64,000 bases of DNA from Flaccisagitta enflata (GCA_965153355.1 OZ231126.1:36580001-36644000); one strand, 5' to 3'; positions 1-34,512 are shown, counted from the first letter of the stretch. Notes: generated by a model from the sequence alone, not told the origin. A program made the numbers and translations.

Positions 1-1901
1 CTATACTAAAGTACGTTGCTGAAACTATTCTCCCTTCATTTTGCAGGGACACAACTCATGACGCTTTTTTCGTGGATTTCTATCGGAAAGCTGGCGGGGA
101 GCCCCAGTTCGTCAACCATGCCTCTCATTCATATTCCTTCCTGTGCGAAAAGTAATCGGGCTCAGCGCACGTCGGCGTGTCATCCGTACTCCGAAGATAA
201 TCACTGCACCGAACGACATTTAAAATTTTTTGATATGATTCTCTGAATTTGAAATTCTTCTCTGAAATGATTAGTCTATTTAATTCTTCATGAATCATAT
301 GTAATGCTCTTCCACTGCTTCTTTCAGAATACAAATGTTTATTAATTTTATTACAACATCATGTCCTGGTTTAATCTACGGTCACTATCGCTATCAGTCT
401 ATCACGTTCTGTACGTTACACGTTACATGAATCATTAAGGCACCCAATGAGTTGATAAGGCGATTTTTAAATATCTCAAAAACAGATCTGGTAAAGTCTG
501 ATAAAACGTTATAGGCGGTAAACTACTTTTTAGTGTAACACCATGTTATGACGGTGTGTTTTCGAAGGCAACACTGAGGGTTTCAGCTTTGGTCATGGAA
601 CATATGAATAAAAGTGTGTGAGAAATGTATGATTTGCATCTACTACGCGAGAGAGGCCAAATCTAGCCATTGTCATAAAAAACAGTTTTACTGAGAATTA
701 CCTCGATTCCTATTACAATTCCTATTACCTCGATTCCTATTACAATTCCTATTACAATTTTCTCGCTCTCGTTTTTTTTTGTCGAGTTGGAAAATCGGAA
801 ATTTGGGAACAGATTTCGGCGATTTTGGTGATCCTTTTCGCAGCCGGAGCGCAAGCAAGGGAAATTGGGGCCGCCCATGCCCATGGTGAGAGTTGGTCTT
901 GCATGAAATGAACGTGATCATCATAAAAAGCGGTTTAGGCGATGCAACTCATCTCAACAATTGTTGTCACGAAAGATTTCTACCTCCCCTTTATTGCCTT
1001 AAACAGAATATCGTCCAGCAAGGCCCAATCCCGATCGAGACGAAGAGCACGTGCCTGGTTCAGCCTTACAATATTTCGTAAGTTCTAGAATAATTTATGA
1101 ATTCTATAGTTCCATGACATTTTTTCGATCATATTTCATTTTCATTCACTTCTGTAGAGGAACAGACGAGGGCGACGCCTCATGCCTGACTCACTACCGA
1201 AGTGAGGACGTCGAGAAGGGGGCTTATTTCATCAATTACAATGGCCTTAGTGCGTGGCCATTCTTGTGCGAAATATGGCCCAACGGCAACGCGTCTTGAT
1301 GATAATTGATAAGCATGAAGACAACAAGTGACGCGGGGTCACAATATCGTTGCGGACGGGTGGGCAGGGGCATACTACCCCTATCCACACCCCAACCTAC
1401 CTCCAACACTCAAACTTACACAAAAAGTATCTAAAACGCTCGTTTTCAATTCGATCACCATGACGGACGGACGGACGGACGGACGGACGGACAAAGCCTC
1501 TTATAGAGTTGCGTGTCCACAACTAAAAAGAGAACAATTTATTTGCAATGTAATGACTATGAATTATTGGGACCGCTGTCCAATTGAATATTCTTAAAGC
1601 AAATGAAAGATGATACCTTATTTACTGAATTTTAACAGACGGAGGCTCAAAACTGTTTTTTTTAGAGGCTTCATCCTTAGATAAAAAGTTGTTTCTTTTT
1701 AGGTGCGCCATAGCACCTCTATAGGCAGCTCTGTCTGTTGGTCGGGTGGTCGGTCGGTCGGTCGGTCGGTCACGCACGAGTTGAAAATCTCTAAAAGAAG
1801 CAAAAATCACTAGGAATGATTCAGAGCTATGCTAGGATGACTTTTAGATGCACATGTTGGCACCGTCCGTTCAAACTACCGCCAGGTTGTTTTTAGTATT
1901 A

Positions 1902-2492
1902 CTCTGAGTTTTCCGCTTGTTTTTACTCAGGATGGACTTCCTGAACTAGGATCCAGGCTCAAAGAAATCTTTCTTGTGGCGCCTTCTGAAAAAATTCATA
2001 ATTGATAATTTTTCATCCTATAATGCACCCAGATTTTAAAGGGCTGCTAGAAAACCTTTTAAGATAGCATATTTGAATTCCTGATGAAATTTCCTTTCGT
2101 TTGATAGGTCGCACTATGTATTTTTCAAAAGAGATCAAATTTTCAATTTTTTAGCCACCGTTACTTTTTGTAACGGTGGCTTGAAAATCAAAAATTTTAT
2201 TTTTTTTTATTTCTTTTCAATTCGATCACCATGACGGATGGACGGACGGACGGACGGACGGACCAAGCCTCTAATAGAGTTGCGTGTCGGCAAATGAAAG
2301 GAAATTTCATCAGGAATTCAGATATGCTATCTAAAAATATCTTCTAACTGCCCTAAAAATTCTGATTTCAAAATAAGAGAAAAAACAATCAATTTTGGAT
2401 TTTTTTCAAAAGGCGCGACAAAATTTTTTTTTTAAAGCTGGATTCTTGTTCAGGAGGTCTATATTGAGTGCAAACAAGCGGAAATATGGGGG
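1902..2492. mobile_element. Non-autonomous TIR element with long degenerate inverted repeats; related longer copy at about 60943-62745
   Basis: ttttccgcttg...caggatggacttcctgaac is mirrored by gttcaggaggtc...caagcggaaa; the left end follows TA. Confidence 0.55.
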
Positions 2493-2887
2493 AATTCATT
2501 ACAGGAAGACAAAGAAGACTGATATTTAGAATATAAATACACGGCCAATACCAGTTGCGGACGGGTGGGCAGGGGTGGAAATGCGCGTTTTTACCATGAT
2601 GGACGGACCGACGGACCGATGGACGGACCGACGGACAGACGGACAAAGCCTCTTACGGACCGACGGACAGACGGACAAAGCCTCTTATAGAGTTGCGTGT
2701 CCGCAACTAAAAAAGGGGTGCTTTATTGTCCAGTGTTGGTTGCCAAACTTGCCATGGAAACACATTTCTATGTTCATGCTAAAGTATCAATGTTTTGACT
2801 TTTGAGAAACTTTTAAGGAAACATTGTCTATAAGAAAATTTGCTACAACTTTCCCCGTATTTCCAAGTCTAGACGACATCTACTGTA

Positions 2888-3640
2888 CATGGCAGCTGAG
2901 TTTCCTACGATTCTAAGAAACGTAGGAATCTGGGTTAGAAAGCTTAGGATTCTAAGTTTCCTAACCAACTTAACAATGGGAAATTGAGTTTTTCTCATTT
3001 TAATCCAGAAAGCGCCACTTCAATTTTCCCAATTTTTTTGATGGTTACTAACAACGGGAAGACATCCTGATGCCATAGAATATTAGCGTCGCGTCGCCAC
3101 TCTACTGGTGGAAAAAGTGAAAGAAAAATTTCTACCTAGGTTTCTTACGTTTCTAGGTTTTCTAAGAAGATTTCGCATAGGATTCTAAGAATTCTAGGTT
3201 TTCCAAGATTAACAATGTCAGCGAAAATGAAAATCTTTTCTAACAAAAAAGTGAGTCCACCAATGAAAGGAGCAACAATTTTACAAGGAAGAAAAAATTT
3301 CTATTCTCTCTGATATTGTAAATCCTTGGAAATCTAGAATTCTAAGAAACATAAGCAACTTTAGAACTTTAGAAACCTAAGAAACGTAGGTAGGATTTTT
3401 TCATTCACATTTTTGATCTATTTACAGCAGAGTGGCGATGCTATTCTTTTATGGCATCTGGATTTTGTGCCATCATGGACAATCACTCAAGAAAGGAGAA
3501 AAATCGAAGCAGCGCTTTTTGGGTTATGATAAAAAAACTCACTTTCCCTTTGTAAAATCAGCTAGGAAACCTAAAAACGTAAGCTCTCTAACCCAGAATC
3601 CTAGGTTTCTAAGAATCGTAGGATACCCAGCTGCAGGGTG
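2888..3640. mobile_element. Foldback/MITE with long inverted arms (about 230 bp)
   Basis: cagctgagtttcctacgattctaagaaacgtagg is mirrored by cctaggtttctaagaatcgtaggatacccagctg; the arms continue inward. Confidence 0.6.
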
Positions 3641-4715
3641 AAAGAAGGGAGAAATCAGGATTCTACAGTTTTAATGATTCATCTACTTTCTTCTCTGAAA
3701 CGAAACTGCTCCCATCGCGTCGCTGTGATGAACCTGATCAGGCATCTATCGAGATCTGACGTTCGGGTGTGTCAATATGCAAAACATTAATCCCTGAGAG
3801 TATAACGCTAGGGTATCATGGGGTTAGTCATTTAAATGCCTTCACTGTTTTTCTTTTTTCAAATTTTGGTCATCTTCTGTTTTTTTCAAAAGCCCTGTTT
3901 TGCCCCTAATTTGCATAATGTTGTAATCACATTATCGACTTCTCATTCTTTGCCTTGTATAGTGGGGCATTCCAATTACGAATAGATGATCCGCTTTTAA
4001 GTTTTACAGAAAAGTGTCTCGGTTAATAATATCAACTTCAATGAAATAGTAGAATAGTTATTTTTGGTTGATAAGTTTGTTTCGTGGCGAACGAGTGCAG
4101 ACATTCCATTAGATTTCGATCGCGAAAAAAAAACGGTTGCCAATTGAATTCTGGAAAAAGAAAAACGGCGATAGTCTCAAAATCAAGAGCCCCATCTTGT
4201 GTCAGCGTTATGGTCTCAAATTCAGTTATCACCCGTATATGACACACCTGAATCTGTCATCGTCTAATCCTCTTTGTTCATTCAGAACTCGTGGCGTTTT
4301 CGCATGGAGCGCTAAAGCGTTTGTAAGAAATCGCACAACTTTGATCTAGAACAAGGCCGGATACACGGCTACCCCAGTCGCGTGCGTGCGCAAAAAACGA
4401 ATAAAAGTAATGTGTGACCGACGGACCGACGGACGGACTGACAGACCGACAAAGCGGGGTGTAGAGTCGCGTAGCACGCGACTAATGATAATCCATTGAT
4501 AGATATCAGAAGACGTATCAAAAGAACCAAGACAAAAAGAAGCAATGAAATGTTTTTATGCATTGTGGATTAGAGAAAGAGGGCGAAATAAAAAAGAAAG
4601 AAGCATCTGCAATAATTTATGCTCATTTGAATGAAATGATAAATCCTTAATCAAAACAAACCTGTACTGAATGATACTTGGTTTAATTACAAAAATCAGT
4701 TTAGATGGTTTTAAC

Positions 4716-4851
4716 TAGAGATGTGGAAGCGGTCAATTTCAATGCCGCTTCCACCGCTTCCGCTTCCGCTTCCGCTTCCATTTTACAGTTTAAATATTAG
4801 TAGCTATCCCATCCTCTAAATTGGAAGCGGTCAATCGCTTCCACATCCCTA
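4716..4851. mobile_element. hAT-like MITE (136 bp)
   Basis: TIR TAGAGATGTGGAAGCG / CGCTTCCACATCCCTA; 8-bp TSD GTTTTAAC on both sides. Confidence 0.85.
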
Positions 4852-5000
4852 GTTTTAACAGAGATGATAAAGTTAAAAGAGCACAGCTTAAAACGAGAAT
4901 ACTCTTTTTTAGTTGAAAAATTTTCATTACCATTAAAAGCAGTAAAGCCTTATTCACACTATGGATACAGAGAACCGCCAGGAAGTTTTATTCAGTTGGC

Positions 5001-5199
5001 ACTGTAGATCTCATCTAGACTTGAGATAGCGGGGGCAAGCATTTAGAATATAAACTAATAAAAGAATGTAAGTTGGTTGCTATGGAAACACATTTCCATG
5101 TATTCCTGCTATAATAACAATATTTTAATAGATTTTTTCAGGGAACATTGCTTAAAATTATCTTGCCCCGTTATCTCAAGTCTAGACAAGAGCTACAGT
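5001..5199. mobile_element. MITE; partial relatives at about 2720-2886 and 5330-5560
   Basis: actgtagatctcatctagacttgagat / atctcaagtctagacaagagctacagt inverted ends. Confidence 0.55.
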
Positions 5200-6239
5200 A
5201 CAACTTTTCCATATTATGTTCTGTAAGCATGTCGCTCGTTTAGCTGTTGCTAGGGGTTGTCACACATGGATGCGCTGCCTTGCAATGGCTAAACTAGCGA
5301 TATTCTTGCAGAATATACTGTGGGAAAGTTGTACTGTAGATCTTGTCTAGACTTGAGATAATGAGGGCAAGCATTATGGAAAAATGAATGAAGCTAGGGA
5401 ACTGATATTTGGATAATAAACTAATGAAATAATGTTTATTGCTCATGATGGTCGGTTGGCATGGAAACACATTTCCACGTATTCCCGCTATAATATGCAC
5501 ATTTTAAGAAATTTTTTGCTCAAAATCTAATTTGCTTCAACTTTCCCACATTGCCCTTGTCTTGCTTGTTTAGCCATTGCCAAGGGTTGTCATACATAGA
5601 TGCTAAGCTAAGAAGAATACATTTTTTTTTCATGCTGGTACACAAAGGAGGGCCTAGATCTTTTTGTTTTGATGTAAGAAATGTATTTTAAATATTTCAG
5701 CACTGTGGATGATCTCATTCGTTCATCATATCACACCTGGGTGGGAAAAGTTCAAAATCATTTTTTCTCAAATCTGAGGCCAGATTCAGATTTCTCATCA
5801 AAAACGTTGAGTAGGAAATGATTTTCATTTCTTTGAGGTAAGTAGAACTACTTTTAAATCACAAAAAATGCCTAGAATAAGGGTTTTTTTAAAAACAAGA
5901 TTTTTTTCAGGTTTTTTTTTTTTTATTGAAAACTTGAAAACTTAAACTTGAAAACAAAACTTTGAAAAAAAAAATATGGCATCTCACTTATTCTGAATCT
6001 GGCTTCAGATTGGAGGAAAAATGATTTTGAAATTTTAGACCCCTTAAGGATAAGCCAATTTTCAGGTGCAATGTGATTAATGGTTAAGAACATCTTTAGC
6101 TGAATTTCTTAGAATACATTACTTGCATCAAAACCAAACCAGGCCCCCAAATCTTTAGCTGAATTTCTTAGAATACATTACTTGCTTCTTTAGCTGAATT
6201 TCTTAGAAAACATTACTTGCATCAAAACCAAACCAGGCC

Positions 6240-6848
6240 CCCAAAAAAACCCTTAATGAGGATATTATTTTGTGAAAAAAAGTGGGGTGCAATCGATAGG
6301 AAATTGTTTGAATTGCCTAGATCCAAAATCTTGTATTTTCACTTTTTTTCAAAAAACTTAGAAAATTTTTGTGTCGCGCATCAGGGACTAAAAAAAAAAC
6401 ACAAAATATATTTTTTGAAAAATGGTTTTCAAAAGTGGGATGCAATCAATAGGAAATGGTTTGATTTGCCTAGATCCGAAATCCTGTAACCTTATTTTTA
6501 GTCGCGTGCTACGCGACTCTACAACCCGCTTTGTCGGTCGGTCCGTCGGTCCGTCGGTCCGTCGGTCCGTCACACTTTACTTTTTTTTGGTTTTTGCGGT
6601 TTTTGGCCTCACTGCTCCTGCCCAAATGATGGAGTGACCTCAATTATGGCCCCTGCCCACCCGCACGCGACTGGGGTAGCCGTGTATCCGGCCTTGTTTT
6701 TTTCAAAAAAACTGGAAATTCACTGCCAGCCATATTTTAAAAGGAAGTTTAAAGATTCTCCTGGAATTTTTTCAGCTTGATGTGGTTCAAACAAATGCTC
6801 ATAACTTCTAAAGTATTTGAGCCAGAACCTTGAAATTTGAAACGTGCA
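6240..6848 (-). repeat. Interspersed repeat with about 154-bp internal units; inverted relative at about 47680-48250
   Basis: The reverse complement matches tgcacgtttcaaatttcaaggttctggctcaaatac... at 47682; three tandem units at 47825-48200. Confidence 0.7.
6496..6699 (+). mobile_element. Short DINE-1/HINE-like (Helentron-derived) element, representative of more than 15 copies in the window
   Basis: T-run, 5' subTIR AGTCGCGTGC with partial hairpin, (GGTC/GTCC)n, 3' subTIR GCACGCGACT, terminal stem-loop GCCG..CGGC, T-run; no TSD. Confidence 0.7.
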
Positions 6849-7984
6849 ATATTGAAAGCGCTGAGCAGGTCCATGCAAAAGATTGAGCTACTGACTGACC
6901 TAGGAAAATTTTCGAGTCTAAGTCTATAATAGATACAGAAAGAAGGACAGAAAGAATGAAAGAAAGTAAGAAAAACAATCGAACAAAACGAAAAAGAAAC
7001 AGAACGAGAACGGAAACGGGAAAGGAACAAGGCCAAGTAGGCCAATAAGGTGCGCCGTGTGGATCGTCGAACGAATGCGTTACAGACCAACCGACAGACG
7101 GACACAGCCAGTTATAGAGGTGCGTTGGCGCACCTAAAAAGGAAAATGGGAAGGGAAAAGCGAAACAAAGCGTGGAAGAGGTCCAAGCGCAAGGAAGAGG
7201 CAATACGGCAAACCGGATTTTCCAGTTTGTAAACGTTTTCAGTAAAGAAAAGTGCTTATTTTGAAAACGCTAGACCACAAAAGGAGTTTCCCTTGCAAAC
7301 TTTTCTACCATCTTCCTCCTCTTGATTGGCCATTCAGTCATCATCGTCATCACCGTCGTCATCGTTGTCGTCGTCGTCATCGTCGCCGTCGTCATCATCG
7401 TCGTCATCACCGTCCGTACGTTGACAAAAATAAGGAGAAAAAAAAACAGAGGGGCTATTCAACAGGCAAAATCTGTGATTCACGGCATGGGATGGAGTTT
7501 AGCGATCGCAAATTTTGAAAAGATGAATAGATTTCGTCACAGAGGCTTTTTAAAGACGTCCATTTGAGACTGAGCCGACGACGACGATGACGTAAACGAC
7601 GACGAAAGCGACGATCGTCAGTGCAAAGCCTAGCCATTGGCATCGCTCTCGAACTTGAGCCGTCCATGGTTTCAAAACTTTCAATTTTCATTTCTTAAAC
7701 GTAATTATAAGCCTGGCTCTTCTCAACGCACAAAAACAAACAATCTCGTCTCTTGGCTTTTTAGCAAGATATATCATAGAGTCTTTCAGAGTCGTTCAGA
7801 GACGGAACCTGGGATCGGTTTTCTACCCTGAATTTCAAAACATCTCGAGGTGGGTACGCGAAACGTTGAGAGGTTAAGAAAGAATGATGACACACGCACG
7901 ATGCGGTTTCAGGAAATGCCCGTCAAGTCTCGTTACATTAGTTTTTCATTACTGAAAACACGTAAAAACGTTAACACTTAGTTA

Positions 7985-8772
7985 CAGAGTGTTTCATGCC
8001 AAATTAGATCCCAGAGAACGATGGCATTGTGTTTCATGTCAAATTAGATCCCAGAGAACGATGCTATTTTGCTTCTAACAAGGCCGGATACACCGCCTAT
8101 ACCAGTCGTGGATGGGTGGGCAGGGGCGGAAATGCGTGTTTTATCCACTTTTCAACTCGATCACCATGGACCGACTAACCAACCAACGGACGGAAAGACA
8201 AAGCCTCTTATAGAGTCGCTAGTCCGCGACTAACAATGCAAAAAAAAAAAATCTGAAAAAAAATTTAGAAAGCACTTTTGTGAGTTTGCATGAGTTTGCA
8301 TGAGTTTGGGTCAAATATCTTGGCCACAACATCAATTTGCATTAAAATGAGCATTTAAAGGAGAAGCTCTTTTAACATAATTTTGATTTTGAAAATTCTT
8401 GTTTGAAGTGCTCTCATTTCTGAATGGCTTGAGCCACAGATTCAAGATTGGTCTCAAATTAATGACAATTTGATAAGCTTTACTTTGAGACCAATCTGGC
8501 ATCTGTAACTCAAGTTGTTTAGAAATGTCAAATGTGAGCACTTTACAGAAGAACTTTTAATATCAAAATTATTTTAAAAGAGCTTGTCCTGAAAATGCTC
8601 ATTTTAGTTCAATTTGATGTTGTGGCCAAGAAATTTGACCCTAACCCATAAAATTTTCTCATAAAAAATTGGAGCTCAAGTGCTCTTTGAATCTTTTTTT
8701 CAGAAATTTTTTTCATTTTTAGAAGCAGAATGGCATCGTTTTCTCATATCTAATTTGGCATGAAACACCATG
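7985..8772. mobile_element. Tc1/mariner-like MITE
   Basis: TA|CAGAGTGTTTCATGCCAAATTAGAT ... ATCTAATTTGGCATGAAACACCATG|TA. Confidence 0.75.
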
Positions 8773-8990
8773 TATTTTTATTCAATTTGACAGTCCACTT
8801 GCACAGTCAGTGGGAGTTAAAACTCGAATCATTATCAATATAAATTGTTACTTGTTTCTTGTTTTCTTGTTTATTTCTTTTCTCTCTGCCTTAAATCTTG
8901 TACCATTGCTCCTATGCACGCTTCACTGCACTAGCTTGGCAATGAATAGTCAACATTTTCATTTTATCCACCAACCGTCGCGATGCATAG

Positions 8991-29247
<20,257 letters not shown>

Positions 29248-30339
29248 TTCTTTTTTCCCTTTTCCCTTTTCCCCTCCTTTTCACTCATACAGTACGCTTA
29301 TATAATCATTATTCATAGAATTCATGACTCATGAGTGTTAGACGAAGGTTCCGTGATGATCCACGATTATGAGTGAATGCATGAGCAAGAGATCGTTTCA
29401 CTGCAGGAGCTTAGAATTGGGGTATTACCCTACACTTTCACAAATAATTAGGTCAAGCGGTTTTTAAATTTTTAAACAAAATAAATGGAAAAATATTGTG
29501 GACAGTACCTACAGTAAGCTTTTCTTGTGCTCTTTTTCTTTCTTTTTTTCGGCAGACTTTTCTAGTCATAGTTTTCTTAGAAATGCATGGGGGAGATTTG
29601 TTTACGAAAAAAATCAAGGCGCAGAATGCCATGGAAACGACCGGATAAAACTCTTACAAATGAAAAGAAAAAAAAAAACAAAAAAAAAAAGGGGAATAAC
29701 GATTTCTCCAAGTGATTCTATAATCATTTCTTATTGGCATGATTAAAAATAACCTACAGCAAGTATTTAATGTTTCTCGAGATTCTTTTTTCTTGCCTTA
29801 AAATCGAAATATGATGGACGGACCGACTGACTGACCCACCAGCTATATGTGCGTGACTCAGTCTACAGTACCCAAATCTTGCGCTTAAAGATATGTTCAC
29901 AAATTATGTAAATTGTTTTGTTATGTAAATTGTTTTTACATTGTTTAACCATAGTAGGCATACATTTAACCTGCATAGTAAACGTACGGTTGATGATATT
30001 CAATCAACAATCAATGTGATAACATAACATTCTGCACAATCGATTAAATGCTTATTTGGAATTGACAGGGAATTACACTCAAGGACGGCTGTATTTACCT
30101 GATTTCGTGGCGTGATTGAAGACGGAATTCATGGTTGCTTTTTTGTTATTTCGAGTGTATTTATTCAAGTGAGCTCGGTAAAATGAGTTTTTATTTTCCT
30201 TTTTTCTCTGTTTAAATTGAAAGAAAGACTTGAAAGCAAGACTTTGCCACAAATGCACCTTTATGTAGGGCTGGCATTTGCTCGGTTGGTCTGTTAGTGC
30301 GAGTTAGACGCATGATTCAAAGAGGAGGGACACTTATTA

Positions 30340-31164
30340 CACTTTTTTTTATAAGAACCTAGTTTATAAGAACATCAAGGCTTCAAATTACCCCAAAATT
30401 AAGAACATCTTAAGAACATAAGAAGGCTTTAAATCTTGAGAAAAGAATTTCGCTTAAGGTAGTATCTAAATAACATTGATAAAACACTTAAATTTTAGTA
30501 TAATTACGATGATATTATATTGTTTTAATATAATCAGTATAAAAACATCTCTAGACTTTGACATTTAGTATTTGTTTAACAGTATTTAATAAAATTATAT
30601 TCATTATAATTGAATAATAGTATATTGTAAGGTTTCCTGTAATTTCTATACACTCTTTTTTTTATAAGAACCTAGTTTATAAGAACATCAAGGCTTCGAA
30701 TGGCCCCTAAAATTAAGAACATCTTAAGAACATGCTAAGGCTTTGAGTCTCGCGTACAATAATATTGAAAGAACATTGATGAAAAACTTCAATTTTAGTA
30801 TAATAAAGATATTTTATAATTTTGAAATAAATATCTTTAAAATATCTTTTAAAGATTGGCATTTGTTTTAATAATATTTGATAGAAATATATCTAGTTTA
30901 ATTGAGTAATAGTATATTTTAAGGTTTTCTATAGTTTATATGATATCTAAAATTAAAAATGCTCTAAGAATGTTGAAGGCTTCATTTAGCCTTGAAAATG
31001 AGAACACGAAGCCTTCGTAAAAAAATGACGTTCTTATAAAAAAAAAAGAGTGTAGTACTTCAAATTAAAAACGCTTTAAGAACGTTGGAGGCTTCTTTTG
31101 GCCTTGAAAATAAGTACATGAAGCCTTCCAAAAAACAAATGACGTTCATATAAAAAAAAAAGTG
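30340..31164. mobile_element. Tc1/mariner-like MITE containing a second copy of the same family (30651-31052)
   Basis: TA|CACT(C)TTTTTTTATAAGAAC ... GTTC(T)TATAAAAAAAA(G)AGTG|TA for both the outer and inner copies. Confidence 0.8.
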
Positions 31165-32267
31165 TATTCCCTTTGTATTCACAGCGAGTTATTTTTAAGT
31201 TATTTAGGTTAATGGGGTAGTGGTCCTGAAGGGGCTGATTGCTGATGACCAATCATTCCTCAGTATAGGAAAATTCATATATGAGGGCTGACATGAGGGA
31301 CCCAGCAGGACTATGGAGGTCTAATTTGGTATCCTAGAGGCCTGATTTCTTTTTTTTTTGAGCACTGAAGACCTTCTTTTGGGCCGTCTCAATAGGATAT
31401 GATGCCATTGTAGCAATATTTATACTTGATTTAAGAGCGAGGGGGGAAGAGTTAGAGAGACAGATCATAGACGGAGAGATGGAAAAACAAATTGCCCAGA
31501 GTGGAATCAACCCCTCGAAGGCCACTACCCAAAAAGTTCATTTAACGGATCTCGCGTGGTTGTGGATGATGTAGCAGGTATGGATGGGTAGGTATGGTCA
31601 TGAAAATGTTCCTTTGCTAAAGGCTTTGGATACTAAAGCAGAGGCAGCGTTGTATATGTAATAACCTCCTTCGAAGGACGTCATGGCATAACGTCACTGA
31701 CAGACAGGTAGTTGAATGGACCGACCGACGAATTGAGTTTCGCGTGAGCGCAAGGTGAAAAAACAAGGCCAACACCTTACACTCGCGTGAGGTTGTTAAG
31801 ACCATAAGACCAAAAGACTAGAGGACTAAAAGACTAAATGTAAATTGTCTTGAAATGACTTGAAATTACTTAATATGACTTAAAATGAGGTAAAAGGTAA
31901 AAAAAAGCTAAGCGTGATGGACGGACAGACGGACCGACCAACCAACCGACCGACTGACGAACAGAGCGGATCATAGAGTCGCGTGCACGCGACAAATAAG
32001 GTAGTCACGGACAACGATGCGAACATCAATGAGGGTGGCACAACCATGTATTATCTGGAGGAAAAAATTAAAACATCGATTCGGATACAACTTTGTCGTA
32101 CTGTGACTATTACGGTATTTTGTTTATTTTTCAGAAAAGCATTCAAAACTTACTAGTTATTAAAAAGAATCTTTTGCGATATCAAATTTGTACAAAAATG
32201 TTGTAATCGTCGTTTTAGCAACGGAATCAACAACATGAATTAGTTGCGTCTCGATTCGCGGTTACAT

Positions 32268-32330
32268 GGTCACGTGACTATGAATCGACCAATCAGCAGC
32301 CAGAGAATTCCAGGTTGGCGCTGACGCTCG
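32268..32330 (+). promoter_or_regulatory. Candidate Pol II proximal promoter
   Basis: GGTCACGTGAC E-box, GACCAATCAG CCAAT box and TGACG half-CRE cluster within 60 bp of non-repetitive sequence. Confidence 0.35.
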
Positions 32331-32449
32331 GCTCATATGGAATTTCTTCCATGGAGGAGACGAACCTCGGTTAAGCAGACAGGAAATGGTCCGGCCGTAG
32401 GCAATGAGTGGGCGGTCTGTTTTGGTAGAGTAAAGATGGTCCTCAGTGA

Positions 32450-32556
<107 letters not shown>

Positions 32557-32727
32557 GAAGGGATTTGGAAGCGGTCGATTGTCATGGCGCTTCCGCTTAG
32601 GCTTCCATTTTAAAGTTCCAATACTAATACTAGTAGCTATCCACCCCTCAAATTGGATTTGGCGGACAAACGCCTCCCCATTCCTATGGCCCTAGACTGG
32701 AATAAGAGAAGAAATAAAGAAAGAAAG

Positions 32728-32825
<98 letters not shown>

Positions 32826-32970
32826 ATGATTGCGTAACCGGACTAACCGACCGACAGACCGACCGGTTGCAGAGCGGAGGCGCAGAATTGCTGTTTTGTT
32901 TTCAAGCGTTGTGTTCGGCTTGTGAAACAGCGTCAAACTGTGTGTCACGAGTTAAGCAAGACTGAGAAAC

Positions 32971-33056
<86 letters not shown>

Positions 33057-33914
33057 GAAAGATTTGGATGAAAATTTTGAAATCATTAAGTGAAATAAAG
33101 CAGTAACTTGTTACAGTTGGGCAGACAGACAGACCGAGAAAGATTTGGATGAAAATTTTGAAATCAATAAAGCAGTAACTTGTTACAGTTGGATCGTTTC
33201 CTTAGTTATGAGTCCATAACAATCGGTCCTTTCGATGATTTGGCCGGTTTATTGAGCATAGGAAAGAAATGTGCAAAATTGCTACATTTTGAGCACAATC
33301 AGGTGTTGCCTGAGGCGGATTAAGCTACCGCGGGGCCTAAGGCTTGAGGGCTACCGCGGGGCCCCCCTAGCCCCCCTCTACCCCCCCCCCCTTTGCTGTC
33401 ACCCCCTTTCTACCTTGCTAAAAATCTAGTGGAGCTAAACAAGAAAGGCATTTTTCTAAGCTGATGAACCTAAATGAAAAAAAAGGATCATGTTTTGAAT
33501 AAATGTTTTTTTTTATGGAAAATCCAAACAAAAGCAAAAGAAACAAGGCCAAGAGATGTCCAATAGATGCGTCCTCTTAAGACTTAAGATATTATCATAC
33601 AATTTATTAAGATATTAAGATAGTAGATATAATAATATGAAAATATAAAGATTCAGAGATAAAGAGAAAAATATAAACTGATTCCTCTCTCCCCCCCACG
33701 CCTCTCCACCCCCCCCCCACCCCTCCCCCACGCCTCCCCACCCCTCCCCCCCTCCCCCCCGCCTTCCCACCTCCCTCCACACGCCTCCCCACCCTCCCCA
33801 CCCCCCACCCCTCCCCGCCTTCCCCCACGCCTCCCCACGCCTCCCCACCCCCTCCCCCTCGCCTCCCCCTCCCCCCACGCCTCCCCCTCCCCCACGCCTC
33901 ACCCCCGCCTCAAT

Positions 33915-34512
33915 CTCACAAAGAGACATGAAGGGACTTGGAGAGACATGGAGAGATATGGAGAGACATGAAGAGACATGAGGAAACATGAGGAGACATA
34001 AGAGACATATAGAGACATGAAGAGAAATGAAGAGACATAAGAGACATAAGAGACCAAAGAGATATAAGAGATGCAAGAGATGTAAGAGATGTATGAGGTA
34101 TAAGAGATATAAGAGATATAAGAGATATAAGAGATATATGAGATATATGAGATATAAGAGACATAAGAGACATATCGGAGACATATAGGAGACAAAAGAG
34201 ACATAAGAGACATAAGAGACATAAGAGACCTAAGAGATATAAGAGATATACGTAAGAGATGTAAGAGATATGAGATATAGGAGATATAAGAGATATGAGA
34301 GACATAAGAGACGTAAGAGACATATGAGACATATAGGAGACATATAGGAGACATTTTGGAGACATATAGGAGACAAAAGAGACAAAAGAGACATAAGAGA
34401 CCTAAGAGAAATAAGAGATATAAGAGACATATAGGAGACATAAGAGACATAGGAGACAAAAGAGACAAAAGAGACGAACGAGATGTAAGAGACAAAAGAA
34501 ATATAAGAGACA
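33915..34512. repeat. 9-bp minisatellite (AGAGACATA/AGAGATATA)n inside a HINE-like element (about 33542-34638)
   Basis: Seen directly; bounded by aacaaggcc and gacgcatctaaaaa ends. Confidence 0.85.
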
